This document shows, piece by piece, positions 1 through 10,223 of a stretch of DNA of 64,000 nucleotides. How positions within the stretch are numbered: the stretch's first letter is position 1; each line of letters opens with the position of its first letter. The stretch is taken from the IMG/VR virus record IMGVR_UViG_3300024307_000003, positions 29,687-93,686 of that record, one strand, 5' to 3'. The notes below the pieces were generated by a model. It searched no databases. It saw only the letters and a program-made list of their open reading frames with translations, and was not told the DNA's origin. The DNA is from a virus. A program made the translations under genes and the position numbers.

Positions 1-1369
1 CATTCACAGCTACAATTCTATTACGAGTGGCTGTGTTAAGGGCTACGAATACAAGTTGTGTGTTATACAACATCTCTCCTATCCGAATTTCATCAAAGAA
101 ATCCTGAAGGCCAGCAACCATTGCCGACCTCTCTAAATTAGAGAGGGGAACTCTATCTGTCGTTCTGTAGTCAATTCTAACATCAACATTCACTTGAACT
201 GCTTTGGAATGTCGGATTGTCTCCGTTCCACCATCAAGGGTGTTGACTGTGTAGCTTGTGCTTCCACTTGTCTGCGTGTTAATTGGTTTAGACGCATATA
301 TAGCTTGTGAGATTTCCGCAGTAGAACCACCAAGCACCACAACATGAAAAGACAGAGCATCAGCATCATCCCGGTTAACAGCCGTAGGGTTGTCATAGAT
401 AGTTACCTTCTCTACTCCACCAACACGAAAGACATTACTCACTACGCCATCTCGGGTAGAAGCCCCTATAGCTTGTATTTCAGAGAAATATCTGTTTCTG
501 TATTCAGCATCTGTCTCCACCTCACTACCAGAGTAGAAAGGAAGGACATTTGTGGCATCTACAAAGCCCGTAAATGTTGGAGTCATTGCATCAATACCAC
601 CAGAAGCCAGAGGATAAAATCCGTCTGTCAAACTAGTGACACCCACTGCTGCCCACTTGTGACCAATAACGGGTGTTATCTGAAACTCTGTTTGTTCCGA
701 AAGTCCTATCAATTGCTTTGAAACGACATAGAATCCAACGTATAAAGTGTCTTCTGTTGTGTCTACAAATACTCTGTCAATATTCCCATCTGTGTAAGTG
801 AGAAACATTGAAGAAATTGCATCAAGCATTAGTCTCTTACTAGCATCTGTTCCATCATTCGTAAACACGAAGTTCTGGGTAGCTCCGTCAATAGTACTCA
901 ACAGGACAACAGAATAGGATGTATCTGTGATTTCAGAGATTGAAAGCTTATATGCAACCACTGTAGTGGTTAATAGAAAATCATCATCAGCTTGATACAC
1001 TTTACCATTAGAAGATGTAAACTGAGTTGTGTCTGGGAGGATTGTATTGTTAGGAGCATCTTCGTCCATTTCAATGTAGACAATCCCTGTCCCCGGTTGC
1101 TTCCCTCTTCGATACACCCCATTCTTTGAGAAGATGTCATCAAGGTAGATCCCCTCAGCACCATCCAGACGCTGAGAAGACCAAATAGCTTCCGCTACAC
1201 GATTATTGTCATTTTGAAGCTTTGCCAGAATAGCCGCAATTTGTCCTAGAGGATTATCATCCCCAAGTTGGGCTTCCACTCCCATATCTTGCCGAAACAT
1301 ATTCTTGATCGTTTCAAGCACTTCTTCATAGGTTTCTCTTTCAAAACCATATCTTGTTATTTCAGCCAT
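1..1369 (-). CDS. Baseplate J-like wedge protein, 3' end runs off the window (not in ORF track)
   Basis: ATG at 1369 after SD TAAGGA; I translated both ends (MAEITRYGFERETYEEVLETIK...AIWSSQRLDGAEGIYLDDIF; ...QLVFVALNTATRNRIVAVN) in the same frame; A-x-G-x-x-L-D motif and position fit baseplate J. Confidence 0.8.
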   Translation of the reverse strand, partial: MAEITRYGFERETYEEVLETIKNMFRQDMGVEAQLGDDNPLGQIAAILAKLQNDNNRVAEAIWSSQRLDGAEGIYLDDIFSKNGVYRRGKQPGTGIVYIEMDEDAPNNTILPDTTQFTSSNGKVYQADDDFLLTTTVVAYKLSISEITDTSYSVVLLSTIDGATQNFVFTNDGTDASKRLMLDAISSMFLTYTDGNIDRVFVDTTEDTLYVGFYVVSKQLIGLSEQTEFQITPVIGHKWAAVGVTSLTDGFYPLASGGIDAMTPTFTGFVDATNVLPFYSGSEVETDAEYRNRYFSEIQAIGASTRDGVVSNVFRVGGVEKVTIYDNPTAVNRDDADALSFHVVVLGGSTAEISQAIYASKPINTQTSGSTSYTVNTLDGGTETIRHSKAVQVNVDVRIDYRTTDRVPLSNLERSAMVAGLQDFFDEIRIGEMLYNTQLVFVALNTATRNRIVAVN

Positions 1370-1377
1370 ACGATTCC

Positions 1378-4300
1378 TTAAATCTTCCCTGAGTCATACA
1401 GAGAAATTATTTTTGCGTCACTCAAGACAGATTCAAATGTTGCTGCTCGTTCAATAGTTCCAGAGAAAAGAACAGTGACATTTGGCACTATTAAGCTATC
1501 TGCTCCATAGAACACATGTTGTGCCCCTGTTGGAATATTCTCCGCCGAGGACCAAGAACCATCTGTTGTAGAAACAGTAGATACACACTCAACTCCATTT
1601 ATAAATAGCCGCAGAGTATTAACAGCATCAAGATCAACAATAGCGGTTATATGGTATGTCGTGTTCAAAGATAAAACATTATTTCCATAGTTTTCACTGA
1701 AACTTCCGCTTGTTCCTTCCGTTACTAGACTAAGAACCCCAGTGTTACTCATTGCTAGAGTTAACCCTGTACGCCCAGCAGAAATCCCATTACCGTTATC
1801 TGACAGTCCCATAATCGGAACAGGGAAAGTGCTAGGAGCAAATGCTGTTGGTCTCACCCAAACGCTGAATGTCCGCTGTCTTCCGTTTGTGGCTGTGAAG
1901 TTAGTTCTTGGTGAACTATTAAATCCACTTATCCCACCAATGCTCCCACGAGTAAGGTCAGTTCCAGAGAAGCTACCATTTCCGTTGTAAGACAACCTGA
2001 ATCCAGCAGTAAGAGATATATCACTCTGATAAGCATAGTCCTGCTCCAATTCAAATCTAATATAAGAACTTGGGGTGGATTCAAAAATATAATTGTCATG
2101 CAGTGTACGATTACCAGTGTTGAATAACAGTCTTGCATTGGCTTCAGATATTGTACTGTTGTAGGTACTTATCTTCTCGAAAGTTCCTGTATAGTTTCTT
2201 CCAACTTGAATACTGTCATAATCACTATTTCCGGGACTCAAAGATTGGAAATATCCTCCAAAGGTTTGTACAGCAGAAACTCTGCTAGCAATAGTTCCCG
2301 GCCAGTTTCCAGTGTATATCTGACACTTGTTAGTTGTGTTGATCTGGTTTGTATCCAAACTCACAGCAATGAAAGTATTCCATCCTGCTGCTAACACTCC
2401 ATTACCTGATGACCATTGAATATAAGCTCCGTTATCGTGGGTATTGTAGTTATAGAGTCTAAACAGAATAGCACCAGCACTGGTGATTCTCAGATCCCAA
2501 TACACCCAGTTTGTTGTACCATCAAAGTTGTACCCAGCCATTAAAGACGCGTCTGTTAATGTTGCCGGTAAAGATGTCCAGAAAGAGATTCCTAATTTAC
2601 CGGAGCCAACTACTGGAGCAACAGGTAACACATCTGTGGGATAAAGGAACACAACAGGTTCAATTCCATTTAGAGAATTAGCTCTTGCTGAGGTTGTTCT
2701 ACTGCCGTCTCGAATGGTTCCAGCTTGACCCACCAAAGCAACTGATCCATATGTTGCAAGATTTGCTAATGGGTTAACATACTCTCTAACATCTGCTGTG
2801 CTGTAATCATTCATCGGATAGAGTGTTTGAGGAATACGAGAAGCTTTCATAGCTTCTAGGTCATAAAGACCACCGGGGAAAATGTTCCCAGTTGTCACAC
2901 TATTTCCATTTAGGATAGTTGCGGACATTGGTTTAACTTTTCCAATTATCCCAGAGGTTGTGCTTATTCCAGATATGGTACTAGATAATCTCTTAGTTGC
3001 CGAGCCAGTTAATGCTCCAGTTCCTGTTATAGTAGCTACCAAGCGTTTTCTCATTGTCCCAGATAACGCACCACTACCTCCAATAGAGGAACTAACAAAA
3101 GTTCTCAGTCCAGATGCTGTGGTTGTGCTAGAGCCAACTATTGTAGCTGCCATCTGCTTCACTTTAGTGAAATTAGCTGTAATGCTCCCTAAACCACTAA
3201 TTGAAGATGAGCCATATTTAATCTTTCTCAGATTAGCACTTACTGTAGAAGTACCAGCGATAGTTGTGTTACTTCCTTTATTAATAGAAGCTACGACACT
3301 GTGGACACTTGCAATGTTAGCGCTAAACCGCTTGGTGATATTGGCCACTACGTTGGAAGTACCAACCATTACCAATCCAGAAGACTTGTTGATGCTTCCT
3401 GTAATGGCTCCATTTCCTGCTATAGTGGAAACCAATCGCTTGTTCAGAACACCGGAGGTTGTTGTGGTTCCTGTCAGAGTTGCAGACAAGGAGTATGCCG
3501 GGCCTGCGCTTACTAAACTTGTTCCAGCAATTGTAGCAACCATGTTCTTTGCTATAGCTGCTGTTACGTTGGAAGTTCCAGAAATAACTGTTCCGCCACC
3601 AAACGCTGGGGCTGCTGTTACATCCGCTGTTCCAGAAATTGTGCTGCTCATCTGTTTGGACACAGACGCTGTTACAACTCCAGCTCCTGTTATGGTGCTG
3701 GCTACTGGTTTATACACAGTAGCAGTTAATGCTCCGCTTGCTGAAATAGCAGCAGACATCACTGTAGACATATTGGCAGTAATAGCGCCAGAAGCTGTTA
3801 TCGTAGCAGATATGGCTTTAACACCATTACCCGCTGACAATGCGCCACTTCCTGTAATTGTAACGCTCTGGAATGTTCTGACAGCCGTTGCTGTAACAGA
3901 AGAAACTCCTGCTATAGGAGCGGAAACAAACGATATATCATCCTTGGTGAGGATAGCTGATATTCCAGAGGTACCTGCAATGAACGCCGCCATAGATTTG
4001 ATAGACGGAGTGACAGGCGGTAAATATTCTTCTTGCGGAGGAAGAGTGTACACAACTTCCTGTGATGGGGTGAGGGCTACACGTCCGCGCTCTGTTCCAC
4101 CAAGTGTTCTCACAACAAATTCTAAATCATATTGTCTGGAGTTTCTGTTGTATCTGGATTCAAAGAACACCAGCTCCAGCACTTCGGGGTTCAAGAGAAT
4201 TGTTCTTCGATACCAAGCATCCACTTCCAATTTGGTGATTCCGGGCTGTGCAATATAATCCCGGTTAATTCCACCAAACTGTGTGTTATTAAACCATTCC

Positions 4301-4428
4301 CCCTTAAAAGCTCTCAGCGTAACCTCAAGCTCTTGTCTGACACGTTTGTTCGTGTCTCTAACAAGGGACAACCCACCATTCTGGTAGGATAAATCCCCCG
4401 TAGTGGGGTCGATATATAAATCGAACAT
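1378..4428 (-). CDS. Baseplate gp25/DUF2634-like wedge protein fused to ~18-aa S/T/G repeats and two LamG/ConA-like domains
   Basis: N-terminal ~120 aa (GDL...VRQELEVTLRAFKGEWF...FGG) typical of the small protein between spike and baseplate J; about 20 repeats; C-terminal FSVWVRP...YHITAIVD...LRLFINGV...FSGTIE LamG signature. Confidence 0.75.
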   Translation of the reverse strand: MFDLYIDPTTGDLSYQNGGLSLVRDTNKRVRQELEVTLRAFKGEWFNNTQFGGINRDYIAQPGITKLEVDAWYRRTILLNPEVLELVFFESRYNRNSRQYDLEFVVRTLGGTERGRVALTPSQEVVYTLPPQEEYLPPVTPSIKSMAAFIAGTSGISAILTKDDISFVSAPIAGVSSVTATAVRTFQSVTITGSGALSAGNGVKAISATITASGAITANMSTVMSAAISASGALTATVYKPVASTITGAGVVTASVSKQMSSTISGTADVTAAPAFGGGTVISGTSNVTAAIAKNMVATIAGTSLVSAGPAYSLSATLTGTTTTSGVLNKRLVSTIAGNGAITGSINKSSGLVMVGTSNVVANITKRFSANIASVHSVVASINKGSNTTIAGTSTVSANLRKIKYGSSSISGLGSITANFTKVKQMAATIVGSSTTTASGLRTFVSSSIGGSGALSGTMRKRLVATITGTGALTGSATKRLSSTISGISTTSGIIGKVKPMSATILNGNSVTTGNIFPGGLYDLEAMKASRIPQTLYPMNDYSTADVREYVNPLANLATYGSVALVGQAGTIRDGSRTTSARANSLNGIEPVVFLYPTDVLPVAPVVGSGKLGISFWTSLPATLTDASLMAGYNFDGTTNWVYWDLRITSAGAILFRLYNYNTHDNGAYIQWSSGNGVLAAGWNTFIAVSLDTNQINTTNKCQIYTGNWPGTIASRVSAVQTFGGYFQSLSPGNSDYDSIQVGRNYTGTFEKISTYNSTISEANARLLFNTGNRTLHDNYIFESTPSSYIRFELEQDYAYQSDISLTAGFRLSYNGNGSFSGTDLTRGSIGGISGFNSSPRTNFTATNGRQRTFSVWVRPTAFAPSTFPVPIMGLSDNGNGISAGRTGLTLAMSNTGVLSLVTEGTSGSFSENYGNNVLSLNTTYHITAIVDLDAVNTLRLFINGVECVSTVSTTDGSWSSAENIPTGAQHVFYGADSLIVPNVTVLFSGTIERAATFESVLSDAKIISLYDSGKI

Positions 4429-4450
4429 CGTTGTTCTCGTTTAAAATGTA

Positions 4451-5035
4451 TTACGGAATGGGAGTGCTTGTTGGGCTACCCGGAGAAGCTGAAGTGTGTT
4501 TATGTGTTTCAATCGGTAAACCATTCAGAATATAACTTCCTGTGTGTGTAATCGTTCCAACGATCTCAATATTCCCATCCAAGCCAAGAGCAATACGAGA
4601 AGCACCACTCTCAATAACAATCTTCCCCGGCTCTATAGGCTTCTCATCAGGGAGAGCGAAGATACAAGGGAGGGCAGCTATAGGGTGAAACTCATGTGTC
4701 TTCAGATCATCAGGGATAGAGACAGAAGCCCCATTCTGAAGCAGGCTACCGTAGTCCCTATCTGAGAACAACACCAGCACCATATCCCCTACACTCACAG
4801 GAACGGTTATACGGCTCGTTCCACCTCCCCCGCTATACACCATAAGGGGTACGTTAGAAATAGGCGGGAAGGGCTGGATATGGCCATCCTTGTACTTGGT
4901 TTGTGTCAGGATAGTGCCTGAGATTCTGTTCCCCACCACTTTAGTGACAACAGCCGGCTTGATCGTGTGAATGTGCCGCATGTAGTTCATTAGGAACTTG
5001 TTTAAAATATACACAGGATCATTTGTATTAGACAT
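4451..5035 (-). CDS. Baseplate central spike (Gp138/gpV-like)
   Basis: VPVSVGDMVLVLFSDRD OB-fold motif; C-terminal THKHT H-x-H metal-binding apex motif. Confidence 0.88.
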   Translation of the reverse strand: MSNTNDPVYILNKFLMNYMRHIHTIKPAVVTKVVGNRISGTILTQTKYKDGHIQPFPPISNVPLMVYSGGGGTSRITVPVSVGDMVLVLFSDRDYGSLLQNGASVSIPDDLKTHEFHPIAALPCIFALPDEKPIEPGKIVIESGASRIALGLDGNIEIVGTITHTGSYILNGLPIETHKHTSASPGSPTSTPIP

Positions 5036-5088
5036 TTGTTACCACTTGTGAAAATCGTTTACGATTGAACAAGAAGGAGGGTATGTGT

Positions 5089-6021
5089 TTACACATACAC
5101 GACTACTTCATCCGCTTCCATGTTCGTTACCCATTCCCCGCCTTCCAAGGTTCCAGAGTGAACCACTGAGGTCACTTTATACCCACCCTTGTAAAATCCA
5201 TCTGAGGATTCCACATACACGGTTTGATTAGGCATAATGGCTCCATTCAGGAGACACTTGATTCTAACGCTCTTCTTGGGGGACGTTTTGTCTTCTGGGT
5301 TGGTGCCCTCACTCTTGTTCAGAGGAGCAATCTCCAATAACCCGCTTTGAGCGGTTAGCTTGATGATTTCTTGTCTGGTGCCTTTATCTTTAGGCATCCA
5401 ACAGACAGCTCCCTCTTGCACACTGAAATCCGAGTTGGTTATCTTGGCTATTCTCCGGAGCTGTTCACAGCTACTCCCGGCAGCATAGAAGTCACTCTTC
5501 GTCACCATCTCTGGGACGTTCAGCAAGCCTCCAGCTTTAGGAAGGCCCATATCCCCTACGATGTCTTCTACAATCGTCTTGTAGGGCGTCCCAAGAGGGT
5601 AGGAGCGTACAGAAACAGTTTCCCGCATGTTGACACTACCATCCCCAAGAGAAAGCTCTAGAATGCTGTCAGGACTATTGAATGTATATGTGTAGCTTTC
5701 AACTGTTCCCTTGAATATCTCTTTGATTCCAGATTCATACCCAGCAGAGAGGATTGCCCCCAAGGGCTTACCATTCAAGTTTTCAAGATACCCGAGAATT
5801 TCCTTGGGCATGTTGTAGATTGTGATGGAACCACTATTGGGGGAATCTGTGACGCTCTTGCGGATATTGAATGAGATGTTGTGTTCTGTCAGGCGGTAGG
5901 CATTGGTGGGACTCTTGGAGTCTACTAACTTCCCAATATCCACCACTTCCGGTGTGACGTAGGTGCGCTTCACTTCAATCGGTTTACCAAAATCCAATTG
6001 ATACTTACGATTAAACAGCAT
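5089..6021 (-). CDS. Baseplate hub protein
   Basis: ISFNIRKS...NSGSITIYN...LSAGY...IFKG pattern; position before spike. Confidence 0.8.
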   Translation of the reverse strand: MLFNRKYQLDFGKPIEVKRTYVTPEVVDIGKLVDSKSPTNAYRLTEHNISFNIRKSVTDSPNSGSITIYNMPKEILGYLENLNGKPLGAILSAGYESGIKEIFKGTVESYTYTFNSPDSILELSLGDGSVNMRETVSVRSYPLGTPYKTIVEDIVGDMGLPKAGGLLNVPEMVTKSDFYAAGSSCEQLRRIAKITNSDFSVQEGAVCWMPKDKGTRQEIIKLTAQSGLLEIAPLNKSEGTNPEDKTSPKKSVRIKCLLNGAIMPNQTVYVESSDGFYKGGYKVTSVVHSGTLEGGEWVTNMEADEVVVYV

Positions 6022-6391
6022 CTCCTACACTCTCCGCCCAAGCGTTGATATCTTCATCTTCGCTAACAAAAATTAAAAAGAATCTACCATCCCGGAAAGT
6101 TCCTTCTTTAGAAGGTCTTCCCCATTGATCATCCATATCTATTACTTTTAGTAGTCCTTTAGGAACTTCATCATAAGCTTTATAAGGAACAAGAAGATCA
6201 ATACCATTCACAATCTTGAACTTCACTCTGGGGTCTTGCCCCAAGAGACCAACGTAGCAATACCAAGCATCTTCAAATGAGTTGTAACGATACCGGAAAG
6301 CATAATATTGATTTCCTATCTGAACACGTACACGTTGATCCTGATAGAGGTTGTTTGAATCAGGCCCACGCATTGGGAGGACAATCGGCAT
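6011..6391 (-). CDS. Small baseplate protein (plug-like)
   Basis: FRYRYNSFEDAWY motif; synteny between Dit-like and hub genes. Confidence 0.65.
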   Translation of the reverse strand: MPIVLPMRGPDSNNLYQDQRVRVQIGNQYYAFRYRYNSFEDAWYCYVGLLGQDPRVKFKIVNGIDLLVPYKAYDEVPKGLLKVIDMDDQWGRPSKEGTFRDGRFFLIFVSEDEDINAWAESVGDAV

Positions 6392-7011
6392 TAGTTGCTC
6401 TCCTGTGATTTCATGTTAGCTTCATATTGTGCATCAGCAGCTTCTTTGTCATTAAGGAGAGGAACTATTTGGGAATGGTTCTTACCATCATTGAGATCGG
6501 TTGGTTGTTCTGCTCCGTTGTCAGTTGTCCCTTTCCCACTTTCTCCTATTTTAGCAGAGTCAATAATTGTCACTGTTATAGATTGGCTCTCAGCTAAACG
6601 AATAACTTGGATGTCACAATTGAAGTTCAAGGCTTCCATAGACTGTGCTGTGAAATCTGTTGTGTAGGTTTGAAGAATACAATTAGTAAACAGATCAAAC
6701 TCAGTGACAACATCAAAAGGAGTTCTTGAGAACCAAAGTTCTTTCAACAAAGCATGAGCTTCGTCAGCCCTATTAATGTTGTTATAACCCACTTCATTAT
6801 TAGGGTACTCAAACACTGGATGATTGGAGACACTTCCTACAATACTGATCGTAGGATTCTCATTGAACACATGGTCACTAATATTGGAACGAGTGTCCAC
6901 AGGATAGGAGGTTATTTGATTGGTAAATGTCTCCTTAACACTCATCACTGCATCAGCAACAAATGATTTTCTGGAGTCATTTCCTCCTGCCATAAAAACT
7001 GTTATTGGCAT
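6391..7011 (-). CDS. Tail tube initiator / Dit-like baseplate protein
   Basis: ITSYPVD...ISDHVFNENP motif; follows tape measure gene. Confidence 0.75.
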   Translation of the reverse strand: MPITVFMAGGNDSRKSFVADAVMSVKETFTNQITSYPVDTRSNISDHVFNENPTISIVGSVSNHPVFEYPNNEVGYNNINRADEAHALLKELWFSRTPFDVVTEFDLFTNCILQTYTTDFTAQSMEALNFNCDIQVIRLAESQSITVTIIDSAKIGESGKGTTDNGAEQPTDLNDGKNHSQIVPLLNDKEAADAQYEANMKSQESN

Positions 7012-7015
7012 AATA

Positions 7016-8875
7016 TTATTCCGTTGTTGCTGTGTTAATGGCTGGCCAAGGATTACTCTGCTTTATTCTTGTTTTTAAATCTTCAGAGGGAGTAATCTGA
7101 ATACTGAGGTTATTTTTGATAGATTCAGCAATCGTAGACCCCATCTTTTCTATATAGCCAAGAATTGCTTGGTCTGAAATCGGGGAAGCAAGTCCCATAG
7201 CTCCAGAAACTTTAGAACCTAAGTTCCCACTAGCTATTCCCAAATAATCATGAATCTCCTTGCGAACATTTTCATCCCCAGCAAGGTAATAAAAGACATC
7301 ATGAAATAGAGCAGGAAGAAGTCTAGCATATGTAGTGACCATCGTAACTAACCAAGATATGGCACTACCAAAAGCATTAAGTAATGGACTAACCATCTTT
7401 AAGAAGAATCCAAGGTTGTCAAACAGGAGCATTAACCTTGGTTCCATTGATTTAAAGAAGGAGTTCATTGTGTCTGCCCACACCATTCCAAGCTTTGATT
7501 TCTTTTGCTCATAAGCAAAGAACTCACTATTCTTGAAATCTCCGGATCTTTCTCGCAATACTTTAGCTAACGCTTTAGCAAATTTCTCTGGAGTGAATTC
7601 TTTATTCTTTAATGCGGCATTAAACTCCGCTCCGTTCCCTTTATATCCTAATGCGTTTTGAAGCAACGCAGAGATACCCGGAATGTGTTCTGACATCTGA
7701 CCATATAATTCTTCAGAGGTAAGAGCACCCTTACCATACGTCTGCATTAAGGCGTGTAAAGTCAAAGCCAACTGTTCTGCTGATAAACCCATAGCCTTAG
7801 AAAAACCAAGCATAGCTGAGAAGAGTTCACGGGTTTCACCCATATTAAACCCACCGAGATCAGCAGATAATCCAATTTTTGTCCATGCTCTTGCTGTATC
7901 AAGAAGACTGGTTCCCAGCGCCTCAGATTCTTTACGAATGTATGCCAACTCTTTTGCAGAGTTTTTTCCAAAGGCTGTTTGCATCATCATATTCATCTGG
8001 TTAAACTTAACACCAGTTTGTTCAGCGCTCATTGCAAGAGAACCAAAACCCACAGCAGCAAGTCCAACCATTCCGGCTTTTACACTACGCAATCCAGCCA
8101 TCATTCCAGCAAAGCCTTGTTTCCCAGCTTTTCTCATCTGAAAGTCAAGGCTAGTTATGCTTTCTTTAAACTTGTTTACTGCGTGCGGGGCATCTCTATA
8201 TTCTCTAATAATCCCTTGCAGAGTTTCATGATGGCGTTTCCATAACCCAGAATCGCTCGAAATATTAAGTTCTCGTGTTGATCTTTCAAATGCTGCGCGA
8301 GCGCGAAAGATCTGCATGTCCTGTTTGCTCTTTGCTCTAGCAATAGCCGCAAGCTGGTTAACAGAACCTTTATTAATATCCTTAGTGTATTTAGGAGGAG
8401 GAACGTTCAGTTGCTTATGAAGGTCACGGGCTTCGCTCTTTATCTTCTTGAGCTGAACAGCAAACTCAGCAGAGATCATTTCTCCGCTCTTTAATCTTTC
8501 CCCATACTTAGCTACAGATTCTGTGAGACGATCCATGTCTGCTTTAGGAATCTTTAGGGTGCGGAAGGTGTTGTGCATACCAGCCTTAGCTGATTCCACC
8601 ATAGCCTCACGCTTACGCATGTTATAGGCAACCTTACCTATGGTGTTCCAATACCACCCTTCTCCTTGTCTTCCACCACCACTTCCTCTGCCCGTTCCTC
8701 CAGAGACAGCGGAGCTTACACGCCCACCAACAGAAATATTAGGAGAGCTTAGGCTCTCCAATTTCTTCTTGAGCTTGTCGATTTTCTTTTCAAACCGATC
8801 AATGTTCCGATAAGCAGATTGATTGATCCTAAAATCTGCTTCAGCGTAAACACTCGCTGCTCTTATTCCATCCAC
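7016..8875 (-). CDS. Tail tape measure protein
   Basis: Helical 619 aa; ALMQTYGKGALTSEELYGQMSEHIPG tape-measure motif; position after chaperones. Confidence 0.88.
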   Translation of the reverse strand: MDGIRAASVYAEADFRINQSAYRNIDRFEKKIDKLKKKLESLSSPNISVGGRVSSAVSGGTGRGSGGGRQGEGWYWNTIGKVAYNMRKREAMVESAKAGMHNTFRTLKIPKADMDRLTESVAKYGERLKSGEMISAEFAVQLKKIKSEARDLHKQLNVPPPKYTKDINKGSVNQLAAIARAKSKQDMQIFRARAAFERSTRELNISSDSGLWKRHHETLQGIIREYRDAPHAVNKFKESITSLDFQMRKAGKQGFAGMMAGLRSVKAGMVGLAAVGFGSLAMSAEQTGVKFNQMNMMMQTAFGKNSAKELAYIRKESEALGTSLLDTARAWTKIGLSADLGGFNMGETRELFSAMLGFSKAMGLSAEQLALTLHALMQTYGKGALTSEELYGQMSEHIPGISALLQNALGYKGNGAEFNAALKNKEFTPEKFAKALAKVLRERSGDFKNSEFFAYEQKKSKLGMVWADTMNSFFKSMEPRLMLLFDNLGFFLKMVSPLLNAFGSAISWLVTMVTTYARLLPALFHDVFYYLAGDENVRKEIHDYLGIASGNLGSKVSGAMGLASPISDQAILGYIEKMGSTIAESIKNNLSIQITPSEDLKTRIKQSNPWPAINTATTE

Positions 8876-8893
8876 TTAATTTCCCCTAGCTTC

Positions 8894-9196
8894 TTATCTG
8901 TGAAGCTTGCTGGCTTGTTGTGCTTTCTCAATTTCTTCTTTGGCCTGTTCATGGTGTAACAATTCAACAGAATTTCTGATTCTCCGAAACTCATTTATCT
9001 TCGATAGAAGATCAAGATCAAGGTCCAGAAGGTTTACAGTTACATTACATTTTTCATCAAAGATGGGTTCAAGCCATAACATATCTTGCGCTGTTAGCGA
9101 TGACTCTTTGTCTATCCTTTCATACAGCGCGGCCTCCTTCCTACTTAGCTCTCGATTGGAGCTGCCGGGAGGAAGAAAGCCAATAAATCTTTTTTT
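8894..9196 (-). CDS. Tail assembly chaperone -1 frameshift extension (GT-like)
   Basis: -1 frame is open from A7 at 9190-9196 (RFIGFLPPGSSNRELSRKEAALYERIDKESSLTAQD) into the 8894..9082 ORF. Confidence 0.7.
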   Translation of the reverse strand, partial: KKRFIGFLPPGSSNRELSRKEAALYERIDKESSLTAQDMLWLEPIFDEKCNVTVNLLDLDLDLLSKINEFRRIRNSVELLHHEQAKEEIEKAQQASKLHR

Positions 9197-9585
9197 AGCA
9201 GTGTACCGTAATTCTGATTGATGATCTCAACACACAGTTGAAGAACACCAGTAAGCCCTACACCTTGTTCTGCCAAAATATCCAGCGTTGCTGGTTTCTT
9301 GGATGCGCCATTTTTGGGACGATACCAAACGCCGTCAATCAAACGATCTGCCAGTTTTTCTAAATCAATTCCAGCTAATGCCCCCATAATCCCTTCGATC
9401 ATGGCAATCACTTGCATTCCTTCTTCAAAGCTTCCTGACACTGCCAGAGCATTTACAAAAGGTTCTTTAATGAGAGGGATAACAATGTTGTTCTCACGGA
9501 GCTGACGACGCAAGTCCCACGAGTTGAGCGTAACTTCTAATTGTGTCCCATCTTCACACGGGACGTGAATAATTTTCTCTTGCAT
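9145..9585 (-). CDS. Tail assembly chaperone (G-like)
   Basis: Between tube and tape measure genes; slippery CTA AAA AAA GAT near its 3' end. Confidence 0.75.
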   Translation of the reverse strand: MQEKIIHVPCEDGTQLEVTLNSWDLRRQLRENNIVIPLIKEPFVNALAVSGSFEEGMQVIAMIEGIMGALAGIDLEKLADRLIDGVWYRPKNGASKKPATLDILAEQGVGLTGVLQLCVEIINQNYGTLLKKDLLAFFLPAAPIES

Positions 9586-9614
9586 ATTTATCTACCTACA
9601 AAAATTTAAACAAT

Positions 9615-9647
9615 AAAAAGGAGGAATGCGATTCCTCACATCCTCCT
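9615..9647 (-). terminator. Rho-independent terminator after tail tube gene
   Basis: GGAGGATGTG-loop-CGCATTCCTCC followed by TTTTTATT. Confidence 0.7.
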
Positions 9648-9702
9648 TTATAATCTCCACTTACAGGAGCGATTTACAACTAGCTAGTTATAGCTATTTA
9701 CT

Positions 9703-10206
9703 TCAAGTTCCCGGAATTCCACCAGAGATTAAATCTGCTGTTTGCGCTGCTACGCTCAGAGCGCTGTTAGACGCAGTGATCAGAGCTACACCAAACAGGC
9801 TATACTCCCTAGCTTCTACGTTATTACTCCAAACCCGTTGAGGGTCTTTCTGAATCCAGCAGTTAGCTACAAACACGGTTTCAAAAGCCGCAGGATCGTA
9901 GATTTCCAGAGTCATCAGAGGAGGAACGGACAAGATGTTCCCTACAACTTTTAAATCTTCAAGCTTCTTAATGGAAGGAGAAGTTTGTTGCAAGCGAAGG
10001 GTGATAGTACAAGTGGCATCACGGTTAGCAGCTCGGCTAACTTCCCCACGAGTTCCAACATGATTATTGAAGAATTCTTGATTGCGTTCAACTGTGATCA
10101 TTTCCCCTTCAGGAAACCCCACCAACTCAACTTTTGCACCAAGTGCTTTCAATGTGATTATAACGTCATTAGGATCATAAGTCCCAAGTAATGCAGGTAT
10201 TGGCAT
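9703..10206 (-). CDS. Tail tube protein (DUF3277-like)
   Basis: TYDPNDVII...VGTRGEVSR...TITLRLQQTSPS motif; follows sheath. Confidence 0.85.
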   Translation of the reverse strand: MPIPALLGTYDPNDVIITLKALGAKVELVGFPEGEMITVERNQEFFNNHVGTRGEVSRAANRDATCTITLRLQQTSPSIKKLEDLKVVGNILSVPPLMTLEIYDPAAFETVFVANCWIQKDPQRVWSNNVEAREYSLFGVALITASNSALSVAAQTADLISGGIPGT

Positions 10207-10223
10207 ATTTTATTCTCCTAATA

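Noticed and set aside
190-1164. Short ORFs listed in the track
   Set aside because: They overlap the real baseplate J frame (1369 to the window edge) that the track missed
2882-4258. 458-aa plus-strand ORF
   Set aside because: Antisense shadow of the low-complexity repeat region of the baseplate fusion gene; no SD or domain signal
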